From contig JAUNVA010000002.1 in the NCBI GenBank assembly GCA_030537895.1, positions 69,949 to 133,948 of the forward strand: a DNA stretch of 64,000 bases. The letters run 5' to 3'. Under the pieces are notes generated by a model, which saw only the letters and a program-made list of their open reading frames with translations, did not search any database and was not told the origin of the DNA. Positions 46,404-56,998 of this stretch are shown here, piece by piece. Every line of letters begins with the position of its first letter. Within the stretch, counting starts at the first letter, position 1. Made by a program: the position numbers and the translations under genes. This DNA is from Bowdeniella nasicola (GTDB lineage: Bacteria; Actinomycetota; Actinomycetes; Actinomycetales; Actinomycetaceae).

Positions 46404-46476
46404 TACCCCCAACGGGATTCGAACCCGTGTTACCGCCGTGAAAGGGCGGCGTCCTAGGCCACTAGACGATGGGGGC
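46404..46476 (-). tRNA. tRNA-Glu (TTC)
   Basis: Reverse complement GCCCCCATCGTCTAGTGGCCTAGGACGCCGCCCTTTCACGGCGGTAACACGGGTTCGAATCCCGTTGGGGGTA, anticodon loop CTTTCAC. Confidence 0.93.
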
Positions 46477-46595
46477 CCAGTTGTCCGGACCCGGCGCTCA
46501 GCGGCCCGAGACCTCCATAAGCCTATGCGGAAACTGCCTCGGGCGCAAAATTCCCTCCCAGGTGTTCTCGCTCACAGGTCGGATAGGCTGGAATC

Positions 46596-46952
46596 ATGCG
46601 GGAAATCACGGATGAGCAATTCGAGGAGCTCGTCGAGCGAGGCATCGCGCAGATCCCCGACGAGCTCCTGGACCTCCTCGATAACGTCGCGATCGTCGTC
46701 GAGCATGACCCGCCCGAGGATGTCGAACCTGGCACGCTCGGTCTCTACGAGGGCACCCCGCTCACCGAACGCGACGACGCCTGGGCGGCCGGCGCGCTGC
46801 CGGACCGAATCTCGATCTACCAGAACCCGCTGCTGGAGATGTGTGAGACGGCTGAGGAACTGGTCGAGGAGGTCGCCATCACAGTGATCCACGAGATTGC
46901 CCATCATTTCGGGATTGACGACGACGCCCTGCACGATCTCGGATGGGCGTGA
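46596..46952 (+). CDS. Zinicin-like metallopeptidase family protein (DUF1025-type)
   Basis: 118 aa with the C-terminal HEIAHHFG zinc motif. Confidence 0.8.
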   Translation: MREITDEQFEELVERGIAQIPDELLDLLDNVAIVVEHDPPEDVEPGTLGLYEGTPLTERDDAWAAGALPDRISIYQNPLLEMCETAEELVEEVAITVIHEIAHHFGIDDDALHDLGWA

Positions 46953-46978
46953 CGGGCGCGCACCCCTAGGCTGGTCTC

Positions 46979-48664
46979 ATGCACCCTGCTGATCCAACGA
47001 GCCCCACCGACACCGCGGAGAAGGCCGCCGAAGCCGCCGTCGATCTGCTCGCGCTCCTCGGCTTTGCGGGCATTGGCCTCCTGATCGCCCTCGGCGTTGC
47101 GGTCGTCATCGGTGTGAGTGTGCGGATCCTTGCTCGCCGCCGGCCGGTGTTATCCGCTCTGTCGAAACACGCCCGCCGCCCCTTCAACGTAGGCCTGTTG
47201 GCGCTCGGCGCCTGGCTTGGCGTACTCATTCCCACGACCTCGGCTGCCGGCGACCGCTGGCGCCTACTGTTCAACCACCTGAGCGTGCTCGTCCTGATCG
47301 GGATCGCCGCCTGGTTCCTCATCGCGCTACTGAATGCCGTGGAGGACATGGTGATCACGCATCACGAGGAGATCGCGACGCCGAGCTACCTTGCGCGCAT
47401 TCGCACGCAGACTCAGGTATTGCGCCGAGTCGGTTCCGCAATCATCGTCGTGTGTGCCATCGCCGGCATGTTGCTCACCTTCGACGGGGCCCGCGCTGTC
47501 GGAGCCTCCGTGTTCGCGTCGGCTGGCGTCATCTCGATCGTCGCCGGCCTCGCCGCCCAGTCCACGCTCGGCAACGTATTTGCCGGCATGCAGATCGCCT
47601 TCTCCGATGCGATCCGCGTCGACGACCTGTGTTCTATTGACGGGCAGCTCGCCACGATTGAGGAGATCACCCTCACCTACGTTGTCGCCCGTACGTGGGA
47701 CGACCGGCGGATCATCCTGCCCTCCACCCGCTTCGCCAACGAACCGTTCGAGAACTGGACACGCCGCGAATCCAAACTGCTCGGGACGGTCGAGATCGAC
47801 GTCGACTGGCTCGTGCCCGTGGAGGCTGTCCGCGCCCAGCTGCACCGCATCGTGAACGCCTCCGACCTGTGGGACGGACGCTCGTGCGGTATGCAGGTCA
47901 CCGATGCGACCGACGGAGCCGTACGGGTGCGGGCCGTCGTCTCGGCCGCCAACAACGGCAACCTGTGGGATCTGCGCTGCGAGGTTCGTGAGCAGCTCGT
48001 CGACTGGCTGCAGGCGCACGCCCCCTATGCGCTGCCACGGACCCGAGTGGAGACCGATCCCTTCCAGGCGCCCTCCCTCGAGGAGCGGCGGGGCCTCAAC
48101 ACCGAGATGCGCGACCGTCTCCAAGCCGAGCTGAAAGAACGCGCCACGCGCCGCGAGGATACCCTCGACGAGATTGCGGCCGTGCAGCTCAGCGACGAGG
48201 AAATCGAGATGCGCCGTCGTCGCCAGGCGGCAGCCAGACGGGCCCGGCGACAGGCCGAACGGGCTGACCGCAGAGCCGCGAAACAGGACCTTCGGCGCTT
48301 CGCCAACCGTCGGTTTAAGACCCCCGCACCCTCGACGGATGACACACGCGTGATGACGGAGGCAGACCTGCGTGAGCTTGAGAATCAGCTTGCCTCGGAC
48401 CGGCTCTACTCTGGGTCGAAGGAGGCAGACGAGCGCGCGAAACTCATGACCGGCCCCTCCAAGGAAGTCATGGCGACCCGTGAAGAGGCCGCGAATCGCC
48501 GTCGGCACAACCGGGACGAGGACGCTGGGGCAGACGGTGGGTGCAAGCCCGCGAATGCCCCCGACGAAACGCCCGCGGGTGCGGCCGGGGCGGACGGGGG
48601 CGAGCGCAGCGACGACAGCGAAACGCAGAACGGGCAGAGCCCTGAATCGAAGGAGGAACGATGA
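46979..48664 (+). CDS. Mechanosensitive ion channel (MscS family) with a long charged C-terminal extension
   Basis: TM helices, then the pore-lining and beta-domain signature ([28 protein letters not shown]). The last ~200 aa are highly charged low complexity. Confidence 0.85.
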   Translation: MHPADPTSPTDTAEKAAEAAVDLLALLGFAGIGLLIALGVAVVIGVSVRILARRRPVLSALSKHARRPFNVGLLALGAWLGVLIPTTSAAGDRWRLLFNHLSVLVLIGIAAWFLIALLNAVEDMVITHHEEIATPSYLARIRTQTQVLRRVGSAIIVVCAIAGMLLTFDGARAVGASVFASAGVISIVAGLAAQSTLGNVFAGMQIAFSDAIRVDDLCSIDGQLATIEEITLTYVVARTWDDRRIILPSTRFANEPFENWTRRESKLLGTVEIDVDWLVPVEAVRAQLHRIVNASDLWDGRSCGMQVTDATDGAVRVRAVVSAANNGNLWDLRCEVREQLVDWLQAHAPYALPRTRVETDPFQAPSLEERRGLNTEMRDRLQAELKERATRREDTLDEIAAVQLSDEEIEMRRRRQAAARRARRQAERADRRAAKQDLRRFANRRFKTPAPSTDDTRVMTEADLRELENQLASDRLYSGSKEADERAKLMTGPSKEVMATREEAANRRRHNRDEDAGADGGCKPANAPDETPAGAAGADGGERSDDSETQNGQSPESKEER

Positions 48665-49068
48665 GCACCCAGCCCAAGCGCGTCCATAAGAGCGAGCACG
48701 AATGGCGCGCGGAACTGACGGACATGGAATACCACGTCCTGCGGGAGGCAGGCACCGAACGGCCCGGGACGGGGGAGCTGCTGCACGAGAAACGTGAGGG
48801 GATCTACCGCTGCCGTGCCTGTGGCGCTGAGCTGTTTCGCTCTCAGGCCAAGTTTGACGCACACTGCGGGTGGCCCTCCTTCTTCGAGCCGTCCCGCTCT
48901 GAGGCCGTCACCACGCACGAGGACCGGTCTCACGGGATGGTGCGCGTCGAGGTGCGCTGTGCCGCCTGTGACAGCCACCTCGGGCACGTCTTCCCCGACG
49001 CCCCGCACACCCCGACCGGGGATCGGTACTGCATGAACTCAGTGGCCCTCACCTTCGAAGGCGAGTAG
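48661..49068 (+). CDS. msrB: Peptide-methionine (R)-S-oxide reductase
   Basis: ATGA overlap with mscS. Two CxxC zinc pairs ([20 protein letters not shown]) and catalytic RYCMNS. Confidence 0.93.
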   Translation: MSTQPKRVHKSEHEWRAELTDMEYHVLREAGTERPGTGELLHEKREGIYRCRACGAELFRSQAKFDAHCGWPSFFEPSRSEAVTTHEDRSHGMVRVEVRCAACDSHLGHVFPDAPHTPTGDRYCMNSVALTFEGE

Positions 49069-49854
49069 ATGCGTCTCGCCACCTTCAACATCCAACACGG
49101 CGAGGCGGCGCGCGGCGGGGTGGCCCACGCGGGCGTCTTGGGGCGCACCGTTACGGCGCTCGGCGAGGCGATCGCGGACCTCGATATCGACGTGGTGGCA
49201 CTGCAGGAGGTGGACCGCTTCCAGGCGAGGTCCGGGTCGACGGACCAGACCGCATTGATCGCCCGCGCCTTACGGGCGCCGCACGCACGGTTCGCGGCCC
49301 ACACGGTGGGCTCGGCGACGGGTCTGCGTTTGCGGCCCCCGCGCGGATGGGGGAGGGGATTGCCAGCGAGCGGCGTCGCCATCGTTTCCCGCCTGCCGGT
49401 GCGCTCCTGGCATGTGGCAACCTTTCCCCTGCGCCTCCCGCGGGTCACGTGGCGGGGCGCGGGAGACTCCCCGTTCGCTCGGCTGCGAATCTTCGACACG
49501 ACCCGCACGATGCTGGCCGCCCGCATCGCGGGGCCACCCGGGGTGGGAGAGATTGCTCTGGGGTGTGTGCACGCCCCTGCCGCACCGGCCGTGTCGGCGG
49601 AGCAGCAGCGGTTGGCCGTCGCCGCCCTCGCAACGTTGCCCGGACGACGTATTCTGCTCGGCGACTTCAACGCGAGGCCGCAAGAGCTTGCACTCGCCTG
49701 GCGCCCGCTTGTGAGCGGCCCGACCTTCCCGAACCCGGGGCCGCACCACCAGATTGACCACATCGTCTCGGAGTCGCCCTGGCGTACGCGTGCCAGCGGG
49801 ATCGAGTCGCTGCCGTTTTCCGATCACTGCCTCGCGTGGGTGGACCTCGGATAG
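49069..49854 (+). CDS. Endonuclease/exonuclease/phosphatase (EEP) family protein
   Basis: MRLATFNIQHG, ALQEVD, C-terminal SDHCLAWVDL. Confidence 0.8.
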   Translation: MRLATFNIQHGEAARGGVAHAGVLGRTVTALGEAIADLDIDVVALQEVDRFQARSGSTDQTALIARALRAPHARFAAHTVGSATGLRLRPPRGWGRGLPASGVAIVSRLPVRSWHVATFPLRLPRVTWRGAGDSPFARLRIFDTTRTMLAARIAGPPGVGEIALGCVHAPAAPAVSAEQQRLAVAALATLPGRRILLGDFNARPQELALAWRPLVSGPTFPNPGPHHQIDHIVSESPWRTRASGIESLPFSDHCLAWVDLG

Positions 49855-49858
49855 GACG

Positions 49859-50779
49859 ATGATGCCCACAGCGCGCCCGCGCCTGCCGAACTCGAGCCTC
49901 CTTGCGCCCGCCCTCTTCGTGGCGCAGGGAATGACCCAGTACGTGGGAGCGTCCCTCGCCGTCGTCCTCTTCGCCGTCATGCCCGCCACGACGGTCGCCT
50001 GGTGGCGGCTGGCGCTCGCGGCCATCGTGCTGCTGGCGTGGCGGCGTCCCTGGCGGGGGCGGGTCGCCTGGACGCGCGCGGACCTGCGTGCCGCGGCAAT
50101 TTTCGGTTTCTTCCTCGCCACCATGAACGTCCTGTTCTATCTGGCACTCGACCGCATTGACATGGGGACGACCGTCGCTCTCGAATTCGCCGGGCCCGTC
50201 CTCGTCGCGGCGATTGGGGGGCGAGGCCTCCTCGACCGGATCGCGATCGCCCTCGCCGCCCTGGGGGTGTTGTCAATCGGCGGATTCGGGCTGGATCGGG
50301 GCGCACCGGGGGCGCTCGCTGGTATGGCGTTCGCTCTTGCCGCCGGGGGCGCCTGGGCCGCCTACATCGTGCTTGGCCGACGGATCGCCGAAAAGCGCGG
50401 TAGCGCGCCGAGCGCAGAGGCACCCATCGGACCCGGGCGGCCTCCCAGTGGGATCGACACGCTCGCCCTCGCCATGAGTATCGGGGCGCTGTGCTACCTG
50501 CCCATCGCGGTGACGACGATGCACGCGGCCTGGGCTGGTCCGCGGCTCGCCCTCGCCGTATTCGGGGTCGCGGTGCTCTCCTCCGTGGTGCCCTATGCCA
50601 TTGACCAGGTGAATTTCGGGCGCCTGTCCGCCTCCGCGTTCGCGATCCTCACCGCCCTGCTGCCGGCGACGGCGGTCGCGGTGGGGGCTCTCATGCTTGC
50701 TCAAGTGCCGTCGATGTTCGAGTGGATCGGTCTCGCGCTCATTTCTCTGGCGGTGGCGCTTACCGGCCGCGCACCTTGA
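49859..50779 (+). CDS. EamA/DMT-family transporter (RhtA-like)
   Basis: Start ATG 49859. Ten hydrophobic segments in two EamA-like halves. Confidence 0.78.
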   Translation: MMPTARPRLPNSSLLAPALFVAQGMTQYVGASLAVVLFAVMPATTVAWWRLALAAIVLLAWRRPWRGRVAWTRADLRAAAIFGFFLATMNVLFYLALDRIDMGTTVALEFAGPVLVAAIGGRGLLDRIAIALAALGVLSIGGFGLDRGAPGALAGMAFALAAGGAWAAYIVLGRRIAEKRGSAPSAEAPIGPGRPPSGIDTLALAMSIGALCYLPIAVTTMHAAWAGPRLALAVFGVAVLSSVVPYAIDQVNFGRLSASAFAILTALLPATAVAVGALMLAQVPSMFEWIGLALISLAVALTGRAP

Positions 50780-50864
50780 GGCGCGTCACATCTAGCCCTT
50801 TCAGCGTGCATTCGTGAATCACGTGTGCAACGGTTGACTGGTCAATAACCCCTCACGTAAGGAG

Positions 50865-51116
50865 ATGATGAACGTGCTGTGGACACTTCTCATCGGCGCC
50901 GTCTTTGGTGCGCTTGCTCGCCTGTTCATGAAGGGCGACCAGAATATTGGAATTATCTGGACGGTCATCCTGGGTGCCCTCGGCGGCCTGGCGGGCGGCT
51001 GGATCGCTAAGGATCTGCTCCATTGGGGTAACTTCACCTACCTCATTCTCGGTGTCATCATGTCCGTCATCTTTATCTCTGCATACCTGATGCTGACCCA
51101 GGGTCGTAAGCGCTAA
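50865..51116 (+). CDS. GlsB/YeaQ/YmgE (transglycosylase-associated) stress membrane protein
   Basis: 83 aa. LLIGAVFGALARLFMKG…ILGALGGLAGGWI is typical of the family. Confidence 0.85.
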   Translation: MMNVLWTLLIGAVFGALARLFMKGDQNIGIIWTVILGALGGLAGGWIAKDLLHWGNFTYLILGVIMSVIFISAYLMLTQGRKR

Positions 51117-51158
51117 GAAACGCGCCAAGCGGGGCTCGATCCCCGCGCTAAGATTTTC

Positions 51159-51188
51159 GAGGGCCCGCCCCTGAAGGGGCGGGCCCTC
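51159..51188. terminator. Perfect 13-bp hairpin downstream of the GlsB-family gene
   Basis: GAGGGCCCGCCCC-tgaa-GGGGCGGGCCCTC. Confidence 0.65.
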
Positions 51189-51318
51189 GTGTGTGAACTA
51201 CGGACTCTCACCCATCATGCCTACGGTGCGGGCAGGCGCGCCGCGGACTTCGCGCATCGGGTGCCACCCGGGGTGAGACACAAAAGCCCCGGCCACTGAC
51301 GGTGACCGGGGCGAAGTG

Positions 51319-51391
51319 TGGGCCCCGTCGGGCTCGAACCGACGACCCGCGACTTAAAAGGACGCTGCTCTGCCAACTGAGCTAGAGGCCC
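51319..51391 (-). tRNA. tRNA-Lys (TTT)
   Basis: Reverse complement GGGCCTCTAGCTCAGTTGGCAGAGCAGCGTCCTTTTAAGTCGCGGGTCGTCGGTTCGAGCCCGACGGGGCCCA, anticodon loop CTTTTAA. There is one U-U mismatch in the anticodon stem. Confidence 0.85.
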
Positions 51392-51552
51392 CGCGCGTAT
51401 GCGCACATCCAGTGTATCGAGCCGAGCGTGACGCGTCAGGTTCGCATCGGCATGGGCAGCGCGATCTGGCTCACCTAGCGCCCGCGCGCCTCAGCCCCGA
51501 CAATAGAGGTAGTGATGAGGCGACAGAGGTCGCCTCGAGTCGAAAGGTCCGC

Positions 51553-52173
51553 GTGTCTAGCCGCACCCCGCCCCGTCGTCCCGCGCTATGGGAGCCCGCC
51601 AACACCGAACGCATCCCGGGTGGGCCCGACCCCGAGCGCGTCTACGAGGCTGCCCACGCCTCCGCACAGGCACTCCTCGACCTGGGGCGATCGACCTCGA
51701 ACCGGGAGGAACACCGGCGCCTCGTCTCCCTCGTGCAAGACGAAGGCATCGAGGTCCTCGCGAACGTGTGGTCCACCAGTGCGGCGGTGTCGCTGCCGGG
51801 CGCGCTGTGGCGCCTCTACCTGATCCGCGAATGGATCCGCACCGATTCCGCGGGCGTGGCCCACGCCTACAATCGAGGCCTCGAGGCGCACGACGTCGAC
51901 CACGCCATCGCGGGCGTTCCGCCGCTGCACGGCCCAAGCGAGGTCTCGGAGACGATTGACGCGATCCTTACGGGTGCCTTCGACGGCGAGCTCGACGTCG
52001 CCTTCGACCGGGCCGCCTCGCTTGCCCGCGTGGCTGCCGCGGGTGTGCGTTCCGATCACGGATCGGGCACCCGCCCCGAACGGCGACTGACGACGCTCGC
52101 CCGGGATCTCACGCTCGCTGCCCGCGCCCAGCGGCGCGGGGCACTGTATGTGGATGCGCAGGAGGAAGAATGA
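51553..52173 (+). CDS. Conserved hypothetical protein; start uncertain
   Basis: Coding-like frame with a 4-nt overlap to mshD. The track start 51412 lies only 20 nt from the divergent tRNA, so an internal GTG (51553) was chosen provisionally. Confidence 0.5.
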   Translation: MSSRTPPRRPALWEPANTERIPGGPDPERVYEAAHASAQALLDLGRSTSNREEHRRLVSLVQDEGIEVLANVWSTSAAVSLPGALWRLYLIREWIRTDSAGVAHAYNRGLEAHDVDHAIAGVPPLHGPSEVSETIDAILTGAFDGELDVAFDRAASLARVAAAGVRSDHGSGTRPERRLTTLARDLTLAARAQRRGALYVDAQEEE

Positions 52174-53075
52174 GCCAGCCGATGGAACTCGACCACGAAC
52201 GTGCGCACCAGCTGCGCGCCCTTGCCGCCCGCATCGAAGAACACGACGGCATCGCCGCCTTCGGCGCCGCCGCCCTCACCGACTTAGACCGTCCTGAGCC
52301 GCGCGATGAATACGCGGTGATCGTGCAGGACGGCGAGCCGGTGGCGTTTGCCTGGTGCGATGGTGCGAGCGCGGAACTCGGCGTCCACCCGGATCATCGC
52401 CGCGCCGGCCTCGGCTCGCGCCTGCTCACCGAGGTCTACGACCGCCACCCGTCCGTCGGTGTCTGGGCTCACGGCACCCTGCCGGCGGCCCGCCGATTGG
52501 CCGAGCGTGAGGGCCTGAGCATCGACCGGGAACTGTGGTTCATGGAGGTGGACCTCACTCCGATTGAGGAGCTCATTACCCAGGACCCAGGCCAGGTCGA
52601 GACCGAACTGACCCCGCCCGAGGGGATGGTGATCCGCGCCTTCACACCCGAAGACGAGGACGCCCTACTTGAGGTGAACGCTGCAGCCTTTGCCCATCAC
52701 CCCGAACAGGGGCAACTCGATGCGCCCGCCTTCGCGGAACTGCGCGCGCAGGACTGGTTCGAGCCACACCTGCTACGCGTCGTCGTCGACGAGGCGGCAG
52801 GCAGAGAACGGCTCGCGGGCTTCGTGTGGTTAAAGCCCGTGCGTCCGGGCGTGATCGAACTGTTCGTGCTCGGCGTGCACCCCGACTATCAGGGGCGCCG
52901 CCTCGGCACCCTGCTCATTCGGGAGGGGCTCGTGACGGCCATCAACATGGGGGCGACCCGTGCCGAATTGTACGTGGATGGCGCGGACGACGTCGCGACC
53001 CACTCCTATGAACGCCAGGGCTTTCAGCACACGGGCACGGACACCCACTACGTCCGTGAAACGCCTCTCGCGTAG
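52170..53075 (+). CDS. mshD: Mycothiol synthase (tandem GNAT acetyltransferase)
   Basis: Two GNAT halves. AELGVHPDHRRAGLGSRLL…VWAHG and LFVLGVHPDYQGRRLG match the MshD pattern. Confidence 0.8.
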   Translation: MSQPMELDHERAHQLRALAARIEEHDGIAAFGAAALTDLDRPEPRDEYAVIVQDGEPVAFAWCDGASAELGVHPDHRRAGLGSRLLTEVYDRHPSVGVWAHGTLPAARRLAEREGLSIDRELWFMEVDLTPIEELITQDPGQVETELTPPEGMVIRAFTPEDEDALLEVNAAAFAHHPEQGQLDAPAFAELRAQDWFEPHLLRVVVDEAAGRERLAGFVWLKPVRPGVIELFVLGVHPDYQGRRLGTLLIREGLVTAINMGATRAELYVDGADDVATHSYERQGFQHTGTDTHYVRETPLA

Positions 53076-53119
53076 GCTGGAAGAATACTCTCGCGGAGCG
53101 GTAAGGACGAGGTGGGACC

Positions 53120-55384
53120 ATGGCGCGCAGTGCTCAACAATCCGACAATCACCCGACACGGGGCCGGCTCGGCACCGAACACGTCGATGCGGGATCCGCG
53201 ACGACGCCGGCCGAACTCGCCCACGCCGCGACCGGGGCGCTCGAAGGTGAGATCCCGCCGTGGCAGCAGCCCCTCCCGGAGGGCCGCTTCGCGGACCGGG
53301 AACTGTCCTGGCTCTCTTTCAACGAACGGGTCCTCGAGCAGGCCGAGGACGAGACTTTGCCCCTGCTGGAACGCGCCTGGTTCCTCGCGATCTTCGCCTC
53401 GAACCTGGATGAGTTCTACATGGTGCGCGTCGCTGGCCTGAAACGCCGCATCGCGACCGGCATGGCCGTGACTGCGGCCTCCGGGCTCACACCCCGCCAG
53501 GTACTCGACGGCATTTCCATGCGAGCGAAGGAACTGTGTGAGCGGCACGCCCGCGTCTTTCGGGATGACATCGCGCCGAAGCTCGCCAACGAAGGTGTGC
53601 GTCTGCTGCACTGGCAGGATCTCGCCGAGACCGAACAGGACCGGCTCGAGAAATTCTTCCGCAAGGAGATTTTCCCTGTTCTCACCCCGCTCGCCGTCGA
53701 CCCTTCCCATCCATTTCCCTATATTTCGGGACTCTCGCTGAACCTCGCCGTCGTCGTGCGCCACCCCGGCACGGGTAAGGAAAGGTTCGCGCGCGTGAAG
53801 ATACCGCCCGTGCTGCCGCGCTTCATTGCGGTGGACGCGCGCGGTAAGCCGCGCCGCCCCGAAGACGTGGGCGCCGACGAGCTCTCAGACTCCTCGTTCG
53901 TACCGCTCGAAGAAGTTATCGCCCACCACCTGGACCACCTCTTCCCGGGCATGGAGATCGTGGAGCACTACACGTTCCGCGTGACCCGCAACGAGGATCT
54001 CGAGGTGGAGGAGGACGACGCCGAGAACCTTTTGAAGGCGCTCGAGAAGGAACTTGTGCGCCGTCGCTTTGGTCCCGCCGTGCGCCTCGAGGTGGCCGAG
54101 GGGATCTCGAAGAACATCCTGCGCCTGCTCATGCGCGAACTCGGCGTGAGCGAACAGGACGTGTTCGTGCTGCCCAAGCCGTTGGACCTGCGCGGCCTCA
54201 ACCTGATCCACGACCTCGACCTTCCGCATCTGAAGTACCCCAAGTACGTGGCCGTCACCTCTCGTCGGCTCGCCCGCGTCGAGTCGGCGACCCCCACGGA
54301 TTTCTTCGCTGCTATTGGCGAAAACGAGATCCTGTTGCACCACCCGTATGAGTCCTTCTCCACCTCCGTGCAGCACTTCCTCGCGCAAGCGGCCGCCGAC
54401 CCGCAGGTGCTCGCGATTAAACAGACGCTGTACCGCACCTCCGGGGACTCACCGATCGTCGACGCCCTGATCGACGCGGCGAATGCCGGTAAGCAGGTGC
54501 TCGCCCTCGTGGAGATCAAGGCCCGCTTCGATGAGGAGAACAACATCTCCTGGGCGCGGCGTCTTGAGGAGGCGGGGGTGCACGTCGTCTACGGGCTCGT
54601 CGGTCTGAAGACCCACTGCAAGCTCGCGCTCGTGGTGCGCCGCGAGGCCGGCGGAATGCGCCGCTACTGCCACGTGGGGACAGGCAACTACAACCCCAAG
54701 ACGGCCCGCGGTTACGAGGACCTCGGCCTGCTCACGTGCGACCGCGACACGGGTCAGGACCTCACGCGGCTGTTCAACCAGTTGTCCGGCTACGCACCGA
54801 AAACTAGCTACCATCGCCTCCTCGTGGCGCCGCGCTCCATCCGCTCGGGGCTGATCGAACGCATCGAGCGGGAGATTGACAACCGGCTTGCCGGCAAGGA
54901 CGCCTGGATCAGGTTCAAGTGCAACGCGATCGTGGATGAAAAGACCATCGACGCGCTCTACCGCGCCTCGCAAGCGGGAGTGCGGGTGGACCTTGTCGTA
55001 CGTGGCATCTGCGCGCTGCGCGCCGGCGTGCCGGGATTGTCCGACAACATTCGCGTGCGTTCGATCCTGGGGCGCTACCTCGAACATGCCCGGATCTACG
55101 CGTTTTGCAACGACGGCGAGCCGGACATCTACATCGGTTCGGCCGATCTCATGCACCGCAACCTGGACCGGCGTGTTGAGGCGCTCATCAAGATTAAGGA
55201 CCCCGAACACCTCGACTCGCTGCTCGACTTGCTCGAACTGTCGATGTCGGAGGAGACGGCGTCCTGGCACCTTCTGCAGGATGGCACGTGGCAGCGGCAT
55301 GTCTACGGCGAGGACGGCGAACGGCTGCGCGACTCGCAGGAGGTCATCATGGCGACAACTCGCGAACAGTTCTCCGCACGATAG
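53120..55384 (+). CDS. ppk: Polyphosphate kinase 1
   Basis: 754 aa. [14 protein letters not shown]-terminus, autophosphorylation-site region [12 protein letters not shown], two PLD-like HKD-derived C-terminal domains. Confidence 0.93.
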   Translation: MARSAQQSDNHPTRGRLGTEHVDAGSATTPAELAHAATGALEGEIPPWQQPLPEGRFADRELSWLSFNERVLEQAEDETLPLLERAWFLAIFASNLDEFYMVRVAGLKRRIATGMAVTAASGLTPRQVLDGISMRAKELCERHARVFRDDIAPKLANEGVRLLHWQDLAETEQDRLEKFFRKEIFPVLTPLAVDPSHPFPYISGLSLNLAVVVRHPGTGKERFARVKIPPVLPRFIAVDARGKPRRPEDVGADELSDSSFVPLEEVIAHHLDHLFPGMEIVEHYTFRVTRNEDLEVEEDDAENLLKALEKELVRRRFGPAVRLEVAEGISKNILRLLMRELGVSEQDVFVLPKPLDLRGLNLIHDLDLPHLKYPKYVAVTSRRLARVESATPTDFFAAIGENEILLHHPYESFSTSVQHFLAQAAADPQVLAIKQTLYRTSGDSPIVDALIDAANAGKQVLALVEIKARFDEENNISWARRLEEAGVHVVYGLVGLKTHCKLALVVRREAGGMRRYCHVGTGNYNPKTARGYEDLGLLTCDRDTGQDLTRLFNQLSGYAPKTSYHRLLVAPRSIRSGLIERIEREIDNRLAGKDAWIRFKCNAIVDEKTIDALYRASQAGVRVDLVVRGICALRAGVPGLSDNIRVRSILGRYLEHARIYAFCNDGEPDIYIGSADLMHRNLDRRVEALIKIKDPEHLDSLLDLLELSMSEETASWHLLQDGTWQRHVYGEDGERLRDSQEVIMATTREQFSAR

Positions 55385-55387
55385 TTC

Positions 55388-56383
55388 GTGCGAGGCGACG
55401 GGACGGTATCGATGGGGCACGCTGTGCACGCCGCTGGCGCGGTGGTCTGGCGCGAAAAGAAGGGCCGTATTGAGGTGCTCCTCGTGCACCGGCCGCGCTA
55501 CAACGACTGGGGCTGGCCAAAGGGCAAACAGGAGGACGGCGAACTCCTGCCCGCGACGGCGGTCCGCGAGGTGGAAGAGGAAACGGGACGGCGTATTCGG
55601 CTCGGCCGCCCGCTCCCTACGGTGCGGTACCGCCTGAAGGATGGGCGACACAAGGCCTCCCACTACTGGGCGGCGACAGTCGCGTCTGGCACAGGGGACT
55701 GGGGCCGGGCACGCGAGCCCGTGAAGCCGGCGTCGGCCAAGGAAATCGACCGTGCCCGCTGGGTGAGTGCCACGCGGGCCGCGAAGATGCTCACCTACCC
55801 GCATGACCGTGAACCTCTGTTCACCATGCTTGATGAGTACCACGCGGGCCGCCTGCGCGGCCGCGCCGTACTCGTGGTGCGCCACGCCCGCGCGAAGAAA
55901 CGCTCCGCCTTCACAGGAGGGGAAGCTGACCGGCCCCTCACGAAGAAGGTGGGGGCCGCCCAGGCGGCGGGTCTCGTCCCGCTGCTGAGCGCCTACGGCG
56001 TGAGCGAGGTCGTGACCTCGCCCTGGCAGCGGTGCACCGCGACGCTCGCCCCCTACCTTGAGGCGACGGGAATTACGCCGATCTCGAAGCGGAGTCTCAC
56101 CGAGGATGCGCACGCCGAACGGCCCGCTAAGGTGCGCCGTCTCATGACCCGCGACGTGCTCACCGGCACCTCGAATCTCGCCCTGTGCACCCACCGGCCC
56201 GTCCTGCCGACGGTGATTGAGGCCCTGAAGGCGCATGCGGGCGAGGCGGTCGCGGCGGCGCTGCCGCAGGCCGACCCGTGGCTGCAGTGCGGCGAAACGC
56301 TGATCTGTCACCTCGTGACGGACGAGTCCGGCGAATCCCGGGTGCTCGACGTGGAACGTCACCGTCCGCGCGGGCGAGTGTGA
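55388..56383 (+). CDS. NUDIX hydrolase fused to a histidine-phosphatase (SixA-like) domain, MutT1-like
   Basis: Nudix box GKQEDGELLPATAVREVEEETG. C-terminal VVRHARA histidine-phosphatase motif. Follows ppk as mutT1 does in mycobacteria. Start GTG 55388 or ATG 55412. Confidence 0.82.
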   Translation: MRGDGTVSMGHAVHAAGAVVWREKKGRIEVLLVHRPRYNDWGWPKGKQEDGELLPATAVREVEEETGRRIRLGRPLPTVRYRLKDGRHKASHYWAATVASGTGDWGRAREPVKPASAKEIDRARWVSATRAAKMLTYPHDREPLFTMLDEYHAGRLRGRAVLVVRHARAKKRSAFTGGEADRPLTKKVGAAQAAGLVPLLSAYGVSEVVTSPWQRCTATLAPYLEATGITPISKRSLTEDAHAERPAKVRRLMTRDVLTGTSNLALCTHRPVLPTVIEALKAHAGEAVAAALPQADPWLQCGETLICHLVTDESGESRVLDVERHRPRGRV

Positions 56384-56400
56384 CGCACACCAAAGGGCAT

Positions 56401-56422
56401 GTTCATCTCGCGTTCACGTGAG
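56401..56422 (+). promoter_or_regulatory. PHO-box-like pair of 11-nt direct repeat units (GTTCATCTCGC GTTCACGTGAG)
   Basis: Two contiguous 11-nt units starting with GTTCA(T/C), as in the Streptomyces PhoP direct-repeat-unit consensus. About 95 nt upstream of the pstS remnant start. Confidence 0.5.
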
Positions 56423-56497
56423 GGGAGCATCCAGGCCACCTTCGCTCCCTACCGTCAGGGCGTCGGCCCACGTGGGCCGGTTACTCCGAGATGAAGG

Positions 56498-56998
56498 ATG
56501 TGCACCCCCATGCCTACAGGTACCCGACGCCTGACTACCGTCGCCGCCTCCGCAATCCTCGCGCTGGCTTTGGCGGCCTGCGGCTCCGACAACGCCGTGC
56601 CGAACGAGGCCGGTGCACCCGTCTCACCACTGCCCGTCGTGAACGCCGCGTATACCCGCGGCACCGGTAGGTGGGGCAACACCGTGTGCTCGATCGTCTC
56701 AACCCTGGCGGCCCTGGTGATCCTCGCGGTCATGATCCTGCCGATCATCACGGTCGGCGTCGTCGACCGGATCAACACCCACGTCTTCTCAGGGCGCATG
56801 ATGACGCTGCCCGTCTAGGTCTACCGCGGCTATGCCCAGGGACTCGTTCCGTGCCGCACCGACCAGGGGGTGTGCCTCGAGACCATGAACTACGACCGGG
56901 CGTGGGCCGCGGCCCTCGTCCTCATCATTATCGTCATGGGGTTGAACCTGCTCGCGCGGCTCATCGCCCAGTATTTCGCCCCGCAGAGCCGCCGCTAG
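56498..56998 (+). pseudogene. pstS: Collapsed pstS-pstC-pstA remnant: PstS lipoprotein signal fused to permease fragments, interrupted by an in-frame TAG at 56816
   Basis: LALALAACGSDN (PstS lipobox) is followed within ~50 aa by a permease-like LAALVILAVMILPIIT and a PstA C-terminal-like …MMTLPV*VYRGYAQ…DRAWAAALVLIIIVMGLNLLARLI. Total 0.5 kb where about 3 kb is expected. Confidence 0.7.

Noticed and set aside
46186-46476. tRNA-Glu/Asp/Phe cluster and tRNA-Lys (51319-51391) as integration sites of a genomic island.
   Set aside because: I saw no integrase or recombinase gene, no duplicated tRNA 3' fragment (att-like direct repeat) and no compositional break next to either locus.
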